24,000 nt of DNA from Aeromonas phage Aes516. Positions 15,470-24,000 of this stretch are shown piece after piece. The position numbers and the translations under genes were made by a program. Location of the stretch: the sequence record JN377905.1, one strand, 5' to 3'. The notes beneath the pieces are model-generated. The model was not told the DNA's origin and made no database searches. It was given only the letters and a program-made list of their open reading frames with translations. The first letter of the stretch is position 1. Each line of letters begins with the position of its first letter.

Positions 15470-16472
15470 ATACACGCTTCCATTTTCCAAACCGCAGTTT
15501 TGCTTGAAGACCTGACACGGCATTATCGCGGAAATACTGCTCGATTTGTTCAACAGTTGCGCCGTCTTTGATTATCATTTCGTTAACATCTTTCGACACC
15601 CATGGACATCTATCCCACATAACCACCCGCTCGCCTGCACCTATAAGACGAGATAGCCGTTTGCATGTGTCGGGATGAAACGGTTCATTATCAAGAACCC
15701 ATACTCGAGTGCTTTTGAACGGCACTTCGTTTAGTGCAAGACTACCGCCAGTGATAGCTCCAGAATTCGGAATGAAAAGGGAGTCAATTGGTCCTTCCAT
15801 AAACCATACAGTTCGGTTCCCATCAATTGTGTCCATTCCGTAAATTTTTGATGCATCTTCATGAGCCTTTATGGTGATGTATTTGTTTGGACTAGCTGAT
15901 AGAGCTCTTCCCTGAAAAGACTGGATTTCACCGTTTTTGTCAAATATCGGTATAACCAATCTATTTTCCGGTGATTCGCGCGTATATGTATCTGGTGAAA
16001 TAGAATTTACCAATTTTTGCCATTCGCGAGTAAACCATAACCGCTTGTATGCTGATTCTGGTATTTTTCTGTTTGCGACATATTTTACTATAGGGTGGTT
16101 CGCTGGTAGCAAATCTAGACGATCACAAAAATTTAACTTTTCAATCACCGGCATCTTTTTGGTGAAGAGATTTTCTACTGGTTTTGCTTCTGGCTTGAAG
16201 ACTGTACTTTCTTTCCTTCTTTCTAATAACCATTCGCGATAAAGTTCTTCTTCTCGTTCCTTTAAATACCCGCCCAAATTGTTATGATAACCACAGTTAA
16301 AGCAATGAACTTGCCACTCGCCCTTCTTCTCATACATCCAAAAGCGGGCTTTGTTCATGTCCGTCATGGAATCACCACATATTGGACATCTTGAATTGAA
16401 CTTTCCCTTCTTTCGTTTGAATTTTGGCAAATGCATCATTGCTCTTTCAGCAAACAAAAAATCAGCAAACAT
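15468..16472 (-). CDS. 61: DNA primase (T4 gp61-like)
   Basis: Zinc-binding CPICGDSMTDMNKARFWMYEKKGEWQVHCFNCGYHNNLGGYLKE, TOPRIM EGPIDSLFIPNSGAITGG, VWVLDNEPFHPDT. Confidence 0.95.
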   Translation of the reverse strand: MFADFLFAERAMMHLPKFKRKKGKFNSRCPICGDSMTDMNKARFWMYEKKGEWQVHCFNCGYHNNLGGYLKEREEELYREWLLERRKESTVFKPEAKPVENLFTKKMPVIEKLNFCDRLDLLPANHPIVKYVANRKIPESAYKRLWFTREWQKLVNSISPDTYTRESPENRLVIPIFDKNGEIQSFQGRALSASPNKYITIKAHEDASKIYGMDTIDGNRTVWFMEGPIDSLFIPNSGAITGGSLALNEVPFKSTRVWVLDNEPFHPDTCKRLSRLIGAGERVVMWDRCPWVSKDVNEMIIKDGATVEQIEQYFRDNAVSGLQAKLRFGKWKRV

Positions 16473-16482
16473 AATAACTCCA

Positions 16483-16503
16483 AATGGGGCTCTTGGCCCC
16501 ATT
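16483..16503 (-). promoter_or_regulatory. 8-bp hairpin immediately upstream of the gene 61 SD
   Basis: AATGGGGC-CAAGA-GCCCCATT, then TGGAG and ATG on the minus strand. Confidence 0.6.
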
Positions 16504-16506
16504 ATA

Positions 16507-16791
16507 TTACTCAATAAAACCTTTAGCACTCAATTGACGACATGCTTCCAACAGAATTTCACGATGTTGAGCATATTCTAAACGTGAGAATGGCTTTCCT
16601 TGTGTAACCAGGTATGAATCAATTTCTGCAGCATTAACAGCCATCTCATACACAACATCCTTCATCATGCTTGGTAAGCAATTCGTGTAGATTGTTTTCA
16701 GAATATCAAGATGAGGTTGATTTCTAAGATTCTTTAATGCTACATGACCTAAAGCCTCGCACGCTTCTTGAGCGGCTTCGAACGTAATCAT
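16507..16791 (-). CDS. Hypothetical protein (94 aa)
   Basis: Complete ORF between genes 41 and 61. Confidence 0.65.
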   Translation of the reverse strand: MITFEAAQEACEALGHVALKNLRNQPHLDILKTIYTNCLPSMMKDVVYEMAVNAAEIDSYLVTQGKPFSRLEYAQHREILLEACRQLSAKGFIE

Positions 16792-16979
16792 TTCTTCTTC
16801 TTTTCCTTCTTAGGAAGGACTTTAGGCCCAGGGGAAATGGCTGCGCCAGACGTTTTACCAGCTGCGATGTTGACTGGGTCTCCTCCAGAATCACCAGCCA
16901 CAACGTCTTCGTCAACCTGTATATCCATATTGACATGATCTTTCTGTTTACCAGAACACTCTAGAAATGTTTTCATCAT
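16788..16979 (-). CDS. Small hypothetical protein with lysine-rich tail
   Basis: ORF ending ...PGPKVLPKKEKKKK; 4-nt overlap with the next gene. Confidence 0.6.
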   Translation of the reverse strand: MMKTFLECSGKQKDHVNMDIQVDEDVVAGDSGGDPVNIAAGKTSGAAISPGPKVLPKKEKKKK

Positions 16980-17009
16980 CAGTTTCCTATATAGATGGCC
17001 GTTAGGCCA

Positions 17010-18422
17010 TCAGAAATGCATCGTCGCGGCAAGTTCGTCAAGATGCTGTCTTGAGTTATTTCCCTTCGTATTGTCAGCTTGTCTCGGAGAAGGCGTATTT
17101 GGCGTTCCCGGCCTCGATTGTTCTTCTTCTACATCGTACCATCTCTGGTTGCCCTTTTTAACACCCATTTTGAATTTGTTAATCCAATTTTTATCTCCAT
17201 ACCGCGATTTTATTTGCTTCATCAATTGGAGACCCATTTGAGCTAACTCTTCAGTTTCCATCACTGCGAGCATAAAATCAGCAGTTGCTGGTAAGCCAGC
17301 GGATTCGGCTACATCTGACATGTCGATGTCGGTCGAATCCCATGCAGATCGAGTAGTTTGAGCACCAGTCCATAGAACAACTTGATGTTGGACGGCCAGG
17401 CCACGTAATTCTTCGGCAATAGCTTTTACCAAAGTATACGAGTTCTCAGAGCCTCCACGAATTCGGGTGGAAGCACAGATGCCCAGATAGTCCACAATAA
17501 CAACATCTGCTTTGAAGTTTTTCTTCAGCTTCAGCTCGTTCAAAAACGCATTGAAATGATTAGCATTTGCACCAGAAGTTGGATATTGCTTGATAATCAA
17601 ACGACCCATATTTCTGGATTTCAGACGCTCCATCCGAGCTTTATACTCAGCAAAGCTCATGTTGCCATCATCTATTTCATCAAGTGTGACATCAAGTAAG
17701 TTGGCATCTATACGTTTCGCAACAACGTGTTCGGCCATCTCCATCGAGAAATAAACGACGTTTTTGCCAGTTTGGAGATAATCTGCGGCCAAAGAGCAAA
17801 GGCCAAGAGATTTACCAACGTTGACACCCGCCATGATAACGTTTAGCGTGCCAAGTTCTGCACCACCCTTGGTTATTTTATTCAGAACATTTGAGATGAA
17901 CGGGACTTTATTTGCTTTGGATTGATAAAGCATATAACGTCGTTCATAATCTTCAAACCAATCGTGTCCGATTGAGCCATCAAACGAAATAGCCAACGCT
18001 TCTTTCATCAAATCTTCGATTGCGCCAACATCCGGTAATTTCTTATTTCGTTCTTCGAATGGTTTGGCTGCATTTTCCTGTATCTCGATTGCCTTAGACA
18101 GCGCGTTATACATCGCTTGGTCTTTGCAGTAAGATTCAGTTTCTTTAATCAACCAGGCATGATCTTCTGGTTTAGAAGACAGACGAGCCAAAACTTCCTT
18201 CACACCATCATGAGTTACTTGATCGATAGATTTTTTGTCAAGTGCAATTGCGAGTGCAGTTTTGGTTGGGATTGTATTGTACTCATTCACATGTTTTTGA
18301 ATGAGCTTAAAAATCTCGCGGTAAGGCCCACGGTCGAAATAATCTTCTTTTATGTACGGGTACGCCGAAATAAAGTACGTATTGTTGAAGAGAAGGTTCT
18401 CCAATATTGTTTCTGGCATCAT
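17010..18422 (-). CDS. 41: Replicative DNA helicase (T4 gp41-like, DnaB-type)
   Basis: 470 aa: GTLNVIMAGVNVGKSLGLCSLAADYLQTGKNVVYFSMEMAE, ADVVIVDYLGICASTR, VVLWTGAQTTRSAW. Confidence 0.95.
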   Translation of the reverse strand: MMPETILENLLFNNTYFISAYPYIKEDYFDRGPYREIFKLIQKHVNEYNTIPTKTALAIALDKKSIDQVTHDGVKEVLARLSSKPEDHAWLIKETESYCKDQAMYNALSKAIEIQENAAKPFEERNKKLPDVGAIEDLMKEALAISFDGSIGHDWFEDYERRYMLYQSKANKVPFISNVLNKITKGGAELGTLNVIMAGVNVGKSLGLCSLAADYLQTGKNVVYFSMEMAEHVVAKRIDANLLDVTLDEIDDGNMSFAEYKARMERLKSRNMGRLIIKQYPTSGANANHFNAFLNELKLKKNFKADVVIVDYLGICASTRIRGGSENSYTLVKAIAEELRGLAVQHQVVLWTGAQTTRSAWDSTDIDMSDVAESAGLPATADFMLAVMETEELAQMGLQLMKQIKSRYGDKNWINKFKMGVKKGNQRWYDVEEEQSRPGTPNTPSPRQADNTKGNNSRQHLDELAATMHF

Positions 18423-18649
18423 GATTTATTCTCCGGCGGAACAAAGCCTTTTTCGGCAAATTCTTTAACTAGATTTTGTAACTCATTTCGGGTGTAATTA
18501 TATATCGAATTCGTTGGTAAAATATGATGCCATTCGCCATTGCAATCGTATCTGCCGCATATAGTGAGATACTCGTCTATCAGAGTTTCATCTACGTTAT
18601 ATCTTGCCAAAAGATGTTCTTTAGCGATAACCAGATTCGTTTCCACCAC
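18419..18649 (-). CDS. Hypothetical protein (about 76 aa); start uncertain
   Basis: ORF overlapping the gene 41 start by 4 nt; GTG start overlaps the upstream ORF by 58 nt. Confidence 0.55.
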   Translation of the reverse strand: MVETNLVIAKEHLLARYNVDETLIDEYLTICGRYDCNGEWHHILPTNSIYNYTRNELQNLVKEFAEKGFVPPENKS

Positions 18650-18933
18650 GGCTCATTTTCCTCTTTTTCTTTGTCTTCTTTCATAATTTGGTTAATCTGA
18701 GCATTCATAGCTTCATGAACAAGCTGATGAATTTCATCATTTTCATTAACTGCTTTGTAATCTACATGCAGTTTTCCATCATGTATATGAGCATCAAAAA
18801 TATAAACAAGGTGCGATTTGCCAGATTTATCGATTATCAGCAGCTCTTGTTTAACGTTTTCCATTGCTTTTTTGATAAGCAGTTGTGCGTCATTTAGATT
18901 TTGAGGGGCCGAAGCCCCATCGATATCACTCAT
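18592..18933 (-). CDS. Possible head-vertex assembly chaperone (gp40-like), by position only
   Basis: 113 aa; ...EPWWKRIWLSLKNIFWQDIT amphipathic C-terminus; lies near gene 41 like T4 gene 40. Sequence support is weak. Confidence 0.35.
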   Translation of the reverse strand: MSDIDGASAPQNLNDAQLLIKKAMENVKQELLIIDKSGKSHLVYIFDAHIHDGKLHVDYKAVNENDEIHQLVHEAMNAQINQIMKEDKEKEENEPWWKRIWLSLKNIFWQDIT

Positions 18934-18966
18934 GTTTATCTCCGTTGTGTGAATAATATCACAAAA

Positions 18967-19662
18967 TTACTCAATGGAACCAGTCGCAATAAACTTTTCA
19001 ATCATTGGAAAATGTCTTTGATACACGTGGAGCGAGTCCGCGACCCAATAGATGTCTCCTTTTTCAACAGCCATTCCACGAGATTTCAATTTTCCGACTA
19101 GACGGTCAAGGACATAATCTTGCCAGGCCCAATCATTGCGATATCCAAAAATAGCATCGTTGGAACGCATATGGACGGTTGCATTCAATTTACCATCACG
19201 AATTTGATATTGCACATTGTTAGTGCACATGAAGTCAGACATGCCATTGGCATTGTAATCTGTATGCATAGATGGTCTGGTGTAAATCATATTTGCACGG
19301 CGAGTATATGGGTTTTCAAGCAAATGCATGAAAACATTTGCAAACTGATCACCATTCTCTTCGGACAAAATAGCCCAACCATAATTAGAGTTAATCATCC
19401 CATTTTCATCTGCTACTGCTTCCCAAATGAGAGGAGTTTTGCCTGGGATATCAGCAACATAACGAGATTGACTCAAATACCATTTAAGTTCTCGTTCAAT
19501 ATAATCCTGATTCAATTTTCCGAAAATCAAGGCCTCATCAGCCTTGAACATTACTGGAGCAATTTCAACAGTTTTGACGCCGGATTTGTCAATAACGAAT
19601 TCGTTTTCGGCGAATTTTTTTGCTAGGGTTTCACGAATATCTTGAACAGTCATATAACGCAT
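18967..19662 (-). CDS. 42: dCMP hydroxymethylase (T4 gp42-like, thymidylate synthase fold)
   Basis: INSNYGWAILSE, IYTRPSMHTDYNANGMSDFMCTNNVQYQIRDGKLNATVHMRSNDAIFGYRNDWAWQDYVLDRL, SLHVYQRHF. Confidence 0.95.
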   Translation of the reverse strand: MRYMTVQDIRETLAKKFAENEFVIDKSGVKTVEIAPVMFKADEALIFGKLNQDYIERELKWYLSQSRYVADIPGKTPLIWEAVADENGMINSNYGWAILSEENGDQFANVFMHLLENPYTRRANMIYTRPSMHTDYNANGMSDFMCTNNVQYQIRDGKLNATVHMRSNDAIFGYRNDWAWQDYVLDRLVGKLKSRGMAVEKGDIYWVADSLHVYQRHFPMIEKFIATGSIE

Positions 19663-19671
19663 ACTATTTCC

Positions 19672-20634
19672 TCAAATATCAAACATGTCAAACAGATTAT
19701 TCCTAAATTCATAATCCGTTTTCGTAGCTTCGCAAATTGAAGCAAGTGGTTTAACGAATGTTTTATCAAAAAGCTTATTTATATCCATAAACTTCAAAAC
19801 ATCGGCTTCTACAGCAGGTGGAATTTGCGTTCCTGACGGCCACGCAAAACACGCTTCATTGAATGGATTGCGATCACGAAGAGGAATAACCATTACCTTT
19901 TCGCCTTCAACAATCTCCGGAATTGATTGGTCAGTTTTTGCAATCCGGTTATATGCAAGGGCTCCTTTCACGTGATATGGAGCTCCTTTAATTGGATATC
20001 CTGCCGAATCCGCGTTTTTGATGATATTATTCGCAGAAGATACTGCGGCAATCTCTTGATAATCGATCGTTTTGAATTCATTCTTGAATTGAATGAAATA
20101 ATTTTGCAAAGAAGATTCACCTTCTTGCAACAACCGACGAATTGACTCTTTTAGAGATTTTTGACAAGCCAAAGGAGTGGATGATCGCTGAGTTTCTAGA
20201 CCCATGATTTTGAGATGCGGTTCTGCGTATCGAGTGCCTTCCATGTCATATACGTTCAATGCATATCGTTTCTTGCCTGTCCAGAAACCGCCGATACCTT
20301 CAGTTCCCAATGGCGCACCAAATATAGCTTCGCGGTCCATGAGCAAGAGATGGTGCTCATTGTTCATATATTCCTCGAGTTCTTTGTATGACTCGTCGAT
20401 AAATGGCTCGAGCTTTTTATGGCCGAGATTATCAAGGAAATCGATCAGATGATTGGTGTCACGGAATTTGTCGACGCCAACTTTTTCAACTATGGCTTCC
20501 ATGTTCAAATAAACCGAGTTATGGACCAATATATCGTTTCCGAAGAAGTTGTGGTTTCCATCGACTTCAATGTCATATACATCAATCTCCATGACACCGA
20601 GGTCTTCGATCTCAAATTCAATAAACTCTATCAT
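19672..20634 (-). CDS. 43: DNA polymerase C-terminal part with N-terminal IntC (split intein)
   Basis: Start ATG 20634 with GAGG SD. Int[40 protein letters not shown] (39 aa, 20634..20518), then C-extein [18 protein letters not shown]...[13 protein letters not shown]... (281 aa). Confidence 0.9.
   Translation of the reverse strand: MIEFIEFEIEDLGVMEIDVYDIEVDGNHNFFGNDILVHNSVYLNMEAIVEKVGVDKFRDTNHLIDFLDNLGHKKLEPFIDESYKELEEYMNNEHHLLLMDREAIFGAPLGTEGIGGFWTGKKRYALNVYDMEGTRYAEPHLKIMGLETQRSSTPLACQKSLKESIRRLLQEGESSLQNYFIQFKNEFKTIDYQEIAAVSSANNIIKNADSAGYPIKGAPYHVKGALAYNRIAKTDQSIPEIVEGEKVMVIPLRDRNPFNEACFAWPSGTQIPPAVEADVLKFMDINKLFDKTFVKPLASICEATKTDYEFRNNLFDMFDI
20518..20634 (-). other. Split intein C-terminal domain (IntC)
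   Basis: Block [16 protein letters not shown] and block G ILVHN|S. Confidence 0.9.
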
Positions 20635-21204
20635 ATATTTCCTCAACGATTCGGTTAATTGTTCCGTCTTTGTTGGCAAGATATTCGTTATCCCAGACTA
20701 CTACCCTATCAGTCTGCTTCATTTCAGTCGGTTTAACGTCAATTATCTTACCATCGCGTTTCACCATGACTGAGTGGTCAGCCGTAACAATTACTTCTTT
20801 ACCGCCTGCTTTTATTTTAAACATGCGTTTTTTGACGGTATGCTTCATGATGTAGTTGATATTTTTGCGCTCAACTTCACCGCTGTAGGTGTTTACGGAC
20901 AATGATGTTTTGCCGCCTACCCGCTTAACCCAATCTCTTGCCTCGTCATTTCTGCGCATGAAGACATCAGGCGTAGAATCGTAAAACTCAGCAATTGTCA
21001 TTTTTTTGCCTGACACATCAATAATGGTGTCACCAACAACAGAGTCCGTGTCTATGTAACATACATAATCAACATTCTCAGTTTTGATCAGCTTGTTTAT
21101 GTATTCGTTGAGCTTCCGTTCAATCCACCGAATCGCCAATTGGCCATAGGTTGTGATCGCTTCAGCATTTCGCAAATCGTAGAATCGGAAGAAGTTGTTA
21201 CCTA
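20618..21204 (-). CDS. 43: DNA polymerase middle gene, exon 2 (N-extein plus IntN)
   Basis: (TTA)[53 protein letters not shown] | SVVGDT... Joined with exon 1 (21649..21481): 756 nt, 251 aa plus stop. Confidence 0.9.
20621..21043 (-). other. Split intein N-terminal domain (IntN), 141 aa
   Basis: Ser1 after YIDTD: [17 protein letters not shown] (block A-like) ... [13 protein letters not shown] (block B TxxH); ends at TGA 20618 with no endonuclease domain. Confidence 0.88.
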
Positions 21205-21480
21205 CCTTGTGTTCACCTTGGGTCGTTAAGCCAAGATCGCGGAATATGTCTCACGACATTTACTCGCAGCTATATGTCACCATATAGAGCAGACTATATC
21301 ATATGCATTTCTGCACCCCGGCGCTTCCACCCACTTGGGTGTACTCTACTCGGTTCGGTTTTACCCGCCTTTCGATAGTCGTTGCACCTTACTTTTTCAA
21401 ATCTTGGCTCAGGATTGTCTCAGTGAGAGGTTCCCTGAATTCACCGGGTTTAAGGAGCTCCATGTTAATGAAATGTTAAA
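21205..21480 (-). other. ORF-less group I intron (td-like, subgroup IA2-type) in the DNA polymerase gene
   Basis: Minus strand: 5' exon GGAGCTT pairs with guide GAGCTCC (7 bp, terminal U.G). P/Q-like GAATTCAGGGAA and AATCCTGAGCC; R/S GCAACGACTAT and GATATAGTCTGC; P9 CTATATG-GTGA-CATATAG; last base G. Splicing restores SLYGALGNNFF. Confidence 0.9.
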
Positions 21481-21649
21481 AAGCTCCGTAAAGTGAGTTT
21501 ATTAGTATTTTGCGATTTAATTGGTTAGTATTTCGTTTTTGTTCTTCTTTTTCACATCTAGCTATTACTTGTTCCAGTTCTTCGTTGGAAAGAGTATTGA
21601 GATATTTTATCTCATCATCTGTGAAATCACGGTAAAGTTCTAGTTCCAT
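21481..21649 (-). CDS. 43: DNA polymerase middle gene, exon 1
   Basis: ATG 21649 with GAGGG SD: MELELYRDFTDDEIKYLNTLSNEELEQVIARCEKEEQKRNTNQLNRKILINSLYGA(L). Confidence 0.85.
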
Positions 21650-21661
21650 TATAATCCCTCT

Positions 21662-21697
21662 ATCACACAGGACTATTTTATCATAGTCCTGTGTGAT
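21662..21697. repeat. 14-bp perfect inverted repeat between polymerase gene parts
   Basis: ATCACACAGGACTA-TTTTATCA-TAGTCCTGTGTGAT, lying between the PolA stop and the PolB SD. Confidence 0.95.
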
Positions 21698-21702
21698 GTT
21701 AA

Positions 21703-23199
21703 TCAATGCTCTGATTTAATTCCACGAGAAGCCAGAATTTTCTTAATTGCTTCCTGATTACGAATCGCAGCTAGCATCATCTTTTTCTCAGATTTACGTT
21801 GAAGAAATACTTTTTCAGTTTCAGTCGGCAGTACCCCGGTGACTCCTTTCTTATACATCATACCGTTCGGTGCGCAACTGAATTCATCTGAGGGTTTAGG
21901 AGCAACGCCAGATATATAGTCTTCAATCCTTGCAGGAGAAAACATCCCTGCGATCATCTCAGGACTAATGTTCAACAATCTGAGGATAGACGGATACAGA
22001 GATGTTAAGTCAAAGCTCATGCCATATCGATACGCACCAGGAACAGGTTCTTTTACGTATGCTCCAGGGAAACTTTGCTTTGGACTAGCTTTCATCATTG
22101 GAATAACTACATTTTTCTCAACAAGCGAATTGAAAATGATAGAATCCCAAACTTTGATAGTTCCTAGTACATCCTCGAAACGAATTTTCGCGTAATAGCA
22201 AAGAGACAGAATAAGATCAATAAAGCATCGACGGCCATCGATCAACAGAATAATATCCGTATCTCGCACGCAGTAATCGACATATCGCTGGTGATCTGCT
22301 GCTCGGAACTTATTAATTGGGCCATCATATTCCAATTTGTCTGCTTTAACTTCACGGTATCCGACATTGCCCAATTTATAGTCAGGCATAACAGTGAAAC
22401 TGAACTTTTTGAAAACATCCATATAATCCATTAGTGCAACACCGTGGATACGATAGATCGTTTTTTCACCGTACATGTTTGTAATTGTTTTTGAGCTGAT
22501 CTTGCCGTACGGGCTTAATTGGTTAGCTGCACTTTCACCCAAGATGTTGATAATTCGAGTGATAATGTACGGAATATCGAAACCTTCACTGTTCCAACCA
22601 AACACCAAATCAGGCGTAGATGATTTCCATAGTTGAATATAATTGAGAAGAAGATCGATTTCAGTGTCGAATGGCATGTAAACGACATTGTCAAGAATGT
22701 ATTTGTCTAGAACAGACTTAGATGGGTCCCAATGGCCTACATCTTTAACAAGGTCAAAAATGTAATATGTCTTTTTGCCCTCATGCAAACGCACATGGGA
22801 AATCATATCAATTTCATATTTTGCAAATTTGGGATCAGGGAATTCTGGAGCTGTTACTTCGATATCGACTACATCGATAATGACATTGTCACGATCAAAA
22901 TCAATAACTCCGCGATAATTATCGGAGATGTAGGAAATGCAATAGTCGTCCATACCCATGGCGTCTTGGCCAATTTCGGCCATTCGTTTCTGCCATTGCT
23001 TTGCTTCCCAAATGTTTTCATGCTTCTTCGGTACGCAAAAACGTCCATAGATGTCTTTGTGCTTTGTCTCTACACCTGGGGCGGCATGATGAAAGAGTGT
23101 CGGCTGATAGTTCGTTTTTCGCGATAGTCTTACACCGTCTTTAACGTAACGCTCAAAAACGGTATTTCCAATAACTTCGATGTTCGTGTAATGCTGCAT
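21703..23199 (-). CDS. 43: DNA polymerase N-terminal part (exonuclease and N-part of polymerase domain; gp43A-like)
   Basis: 498 aa: DVVDIEVTAPEFPDP, DLVFGWNSEGFDIPYI, YCVRDTDIILLI, FDLTSLYPSILRLLNISPE...NQEAIKKILASRGIKSEH*. Confidence 0.95.
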   Translation of the reverse strand: MQHYTNIEVIGNTVFERYVKDGVRLSRKTNYQPTLFHHAAPGVETKHKDIYGRFCVPKKHENIWEAKQWQKRMAEIGQDAMGMDDYCISYISDNYRGVIDFDRDNVIIDVVDIEVTAPEFPDPKFAKYEIDMISHVRLHEGKKTYYIFDLVKDVGHWDPSKSVLDKYILDNVVYMPFDTEIDLLLNYIQLWKSSTPDLVFGWNSEGFDIPYIITRIINILGESAANQLSPYGKISSKTITNMYGEKTIYRIHGVALMDYMDVFKKFSFTVMPDYKLGNVGYREVKADKLEYDGPINKFRAADHQRYVDYCVRDTDIILLIDGRRCFIDLILSLCYYAKIRFEDVLGTIKVWDSIIFNSLVEKNVVIPMMKASPKQSFPGAYVKEPVPGAYRYGMSFDLTSLYPSILRLLNISPEMIAGMFSPARIEDYISGVAPKPSDEFSCAPNGMMYKKGVTGVLPTETEKVFLQRKSEKKMMLAAIRNQEAIKKILASRGIKSEH

Positions 23200-23238
23200 A
23201 ATATATCCTTCTAAATGGCCTCAACAGAGGCCATTTCA

Positions 23239-23595
23239 TTAACCAAATTTATACTTCGCGATAAGCTGCCATTCACACTTTTGCTTGTGGCTAATAACTC
23301 TAAAATTATTGTGAGTTGACAATTCAATAGGAGTTAGTATTTTACACAAATTCCATGACTGAAGCAACGAAGCAATATTATTTCGTCTAGAAATATCTTC
23401 TTCGGAAATTGATACTGGTAGACCATCTAGTTTCAGCATTTCCTTGAAGTGAACAATGAAATATTTGCCTTGCTTTTGAAGAATATGACAGCTTTGATAA
23501 AGTTTCTTTTCTTTATTAGAAGCAATGCCAATTCGTGTCAGTGTTTCAGCAATTTTCAGAAAATCATCAGGATGATTGATATCGATTTGGATCAT
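23239..23595 (-). CDS. regA: RegA translational repressor
   Basis: MIQIDINHPDDFLKIAETLTRIGIASNKEKKLYQSCHILQKQGKYFIVHFKEMLKLDG; located between 62 and 43 as in T4. Confidence 0.93.
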   Translation of the reverse strand: MIQIDINHPDDFLKIAETLTRIGIASNKEKKLYQSCHILQKQGKYFIVHFKEMLKLDGLPVSISEEDISRRNNIASLLQSWNLCKILTPIELSTHNNFRVISHKQKCEWQLIAKYKFG

Positions 23596-23604
23596 AAGAA
23601 AACC

Positions 23605-24000
23605 TTAGAATTTTTTAGCCAACTTAAGCATCTGTGTTTGATCTTTTGCTGTTTTCGCAACAGTTTTAACAAATGCTGGAGTTACAATAAATTTGTGATT
23701 TTTCAGAAAATCATTCAAAGTGTTTCGTCTTTGCATGATTTGCATATACATCTTTGCTGTGTGCAAATCAACGTTATTCGCTGCTTGTATAACAGCAATA
23801 TAAAGCTTTTCATTGATTGATTCATCTAGTTTAGGCCATTTGCCGTAAATCTTGCCTTTTCTTACAGATGACACCAGGTAATTGTATTGTGCTTGGGCCG
23901 GCAATGCTGACAGAAGATTCATGACGTATGCCGAATACAGTGTTTCGGCATGCATCGAAAGAGCATTATTGATAAACCACGCCGGATAATCACTATTTGA
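23605..24000 (-). CDS. 62: Clamp-loader small subunit (T4 gp62-like), 5' end beyond window
   Basis: Frame open to the edge: SNSDYPAWFINNALSMHAETLYSAYVMNLLSALPAQAQYNYLVSSVRKGKIYGKWPKL...; adjacent to regA. Confidence 0.85.
   Translation of the reverse strand, partial: SNSDYPAWFINNALSMHAETLYSAYVMNLLSALPAQAQYNYLVSSVRKGKIYGKWPKLDESINEKLYIAVIQAANNVDLHTAKMYMQIMQRRNTLNDFLKNHKFIVTPAFVKTVAKTAKDQTQMLKLAKKF

Noticed and set aside
21662-21697. Hairpin between polymerase parts as a standard Rho-independent terminator
   Set aside because: No U tract follows on the minus strand, and termination here would silence the remaining essential polymerase parts.
21205-21706. Polymerase breaks as frameshift/pseudogene damage
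   Set aside because: Each break has a specific explanation: intact start with SD, a group I core restoring the reading frame, and intein motifs. All flanking protein sequence is conserved.

Overview
The window is the replication/early region of a T4-like myophage. Nearly every gene is on the minus strand, in T4-like order. From high to low coordinates: gp62 (cut by the window edge), regA, gp43 DNA polymerase, gp42, a possible gp40, gp41, gp61, a secreted LprI-like protein, gp56, dda, dexA, gp39, an HNH endonuclease, gp60, rIIA, rIIB, and a partial gene where T4 has denB. Two loci stand out. (1) The DNA polymerase is interrupted three ways. It is split into separate ORFs near the fingers region, with a 14-bp perfect hairpin at the junction. 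It carries an ORF-less group I intron (~276 nt, td-like core) in the SLYGA|LGN motif. It is also divided by a split intein at the catalytic YIDTD|S motif, with the IntC gene start (GAGG-ATG) inside the end of the IntN gene. (2) The topoisomerase large subunit is split like T4 39/60, with an HNH endonuclease ORF between the parts. The gp60-like gene has an apparent 17-nt coding gap (GAC|TAGCGGGGTTAATCGAC|GGC) at the same DADxD|G motif where T4 gene 60 has its 50-nt translational bypass. A TAG stop directly follows the matching GAC take-off codon. This predicts a previously undescribed short ribosomal bypass. All homology statements come from recalled family motifs; no database search was run.
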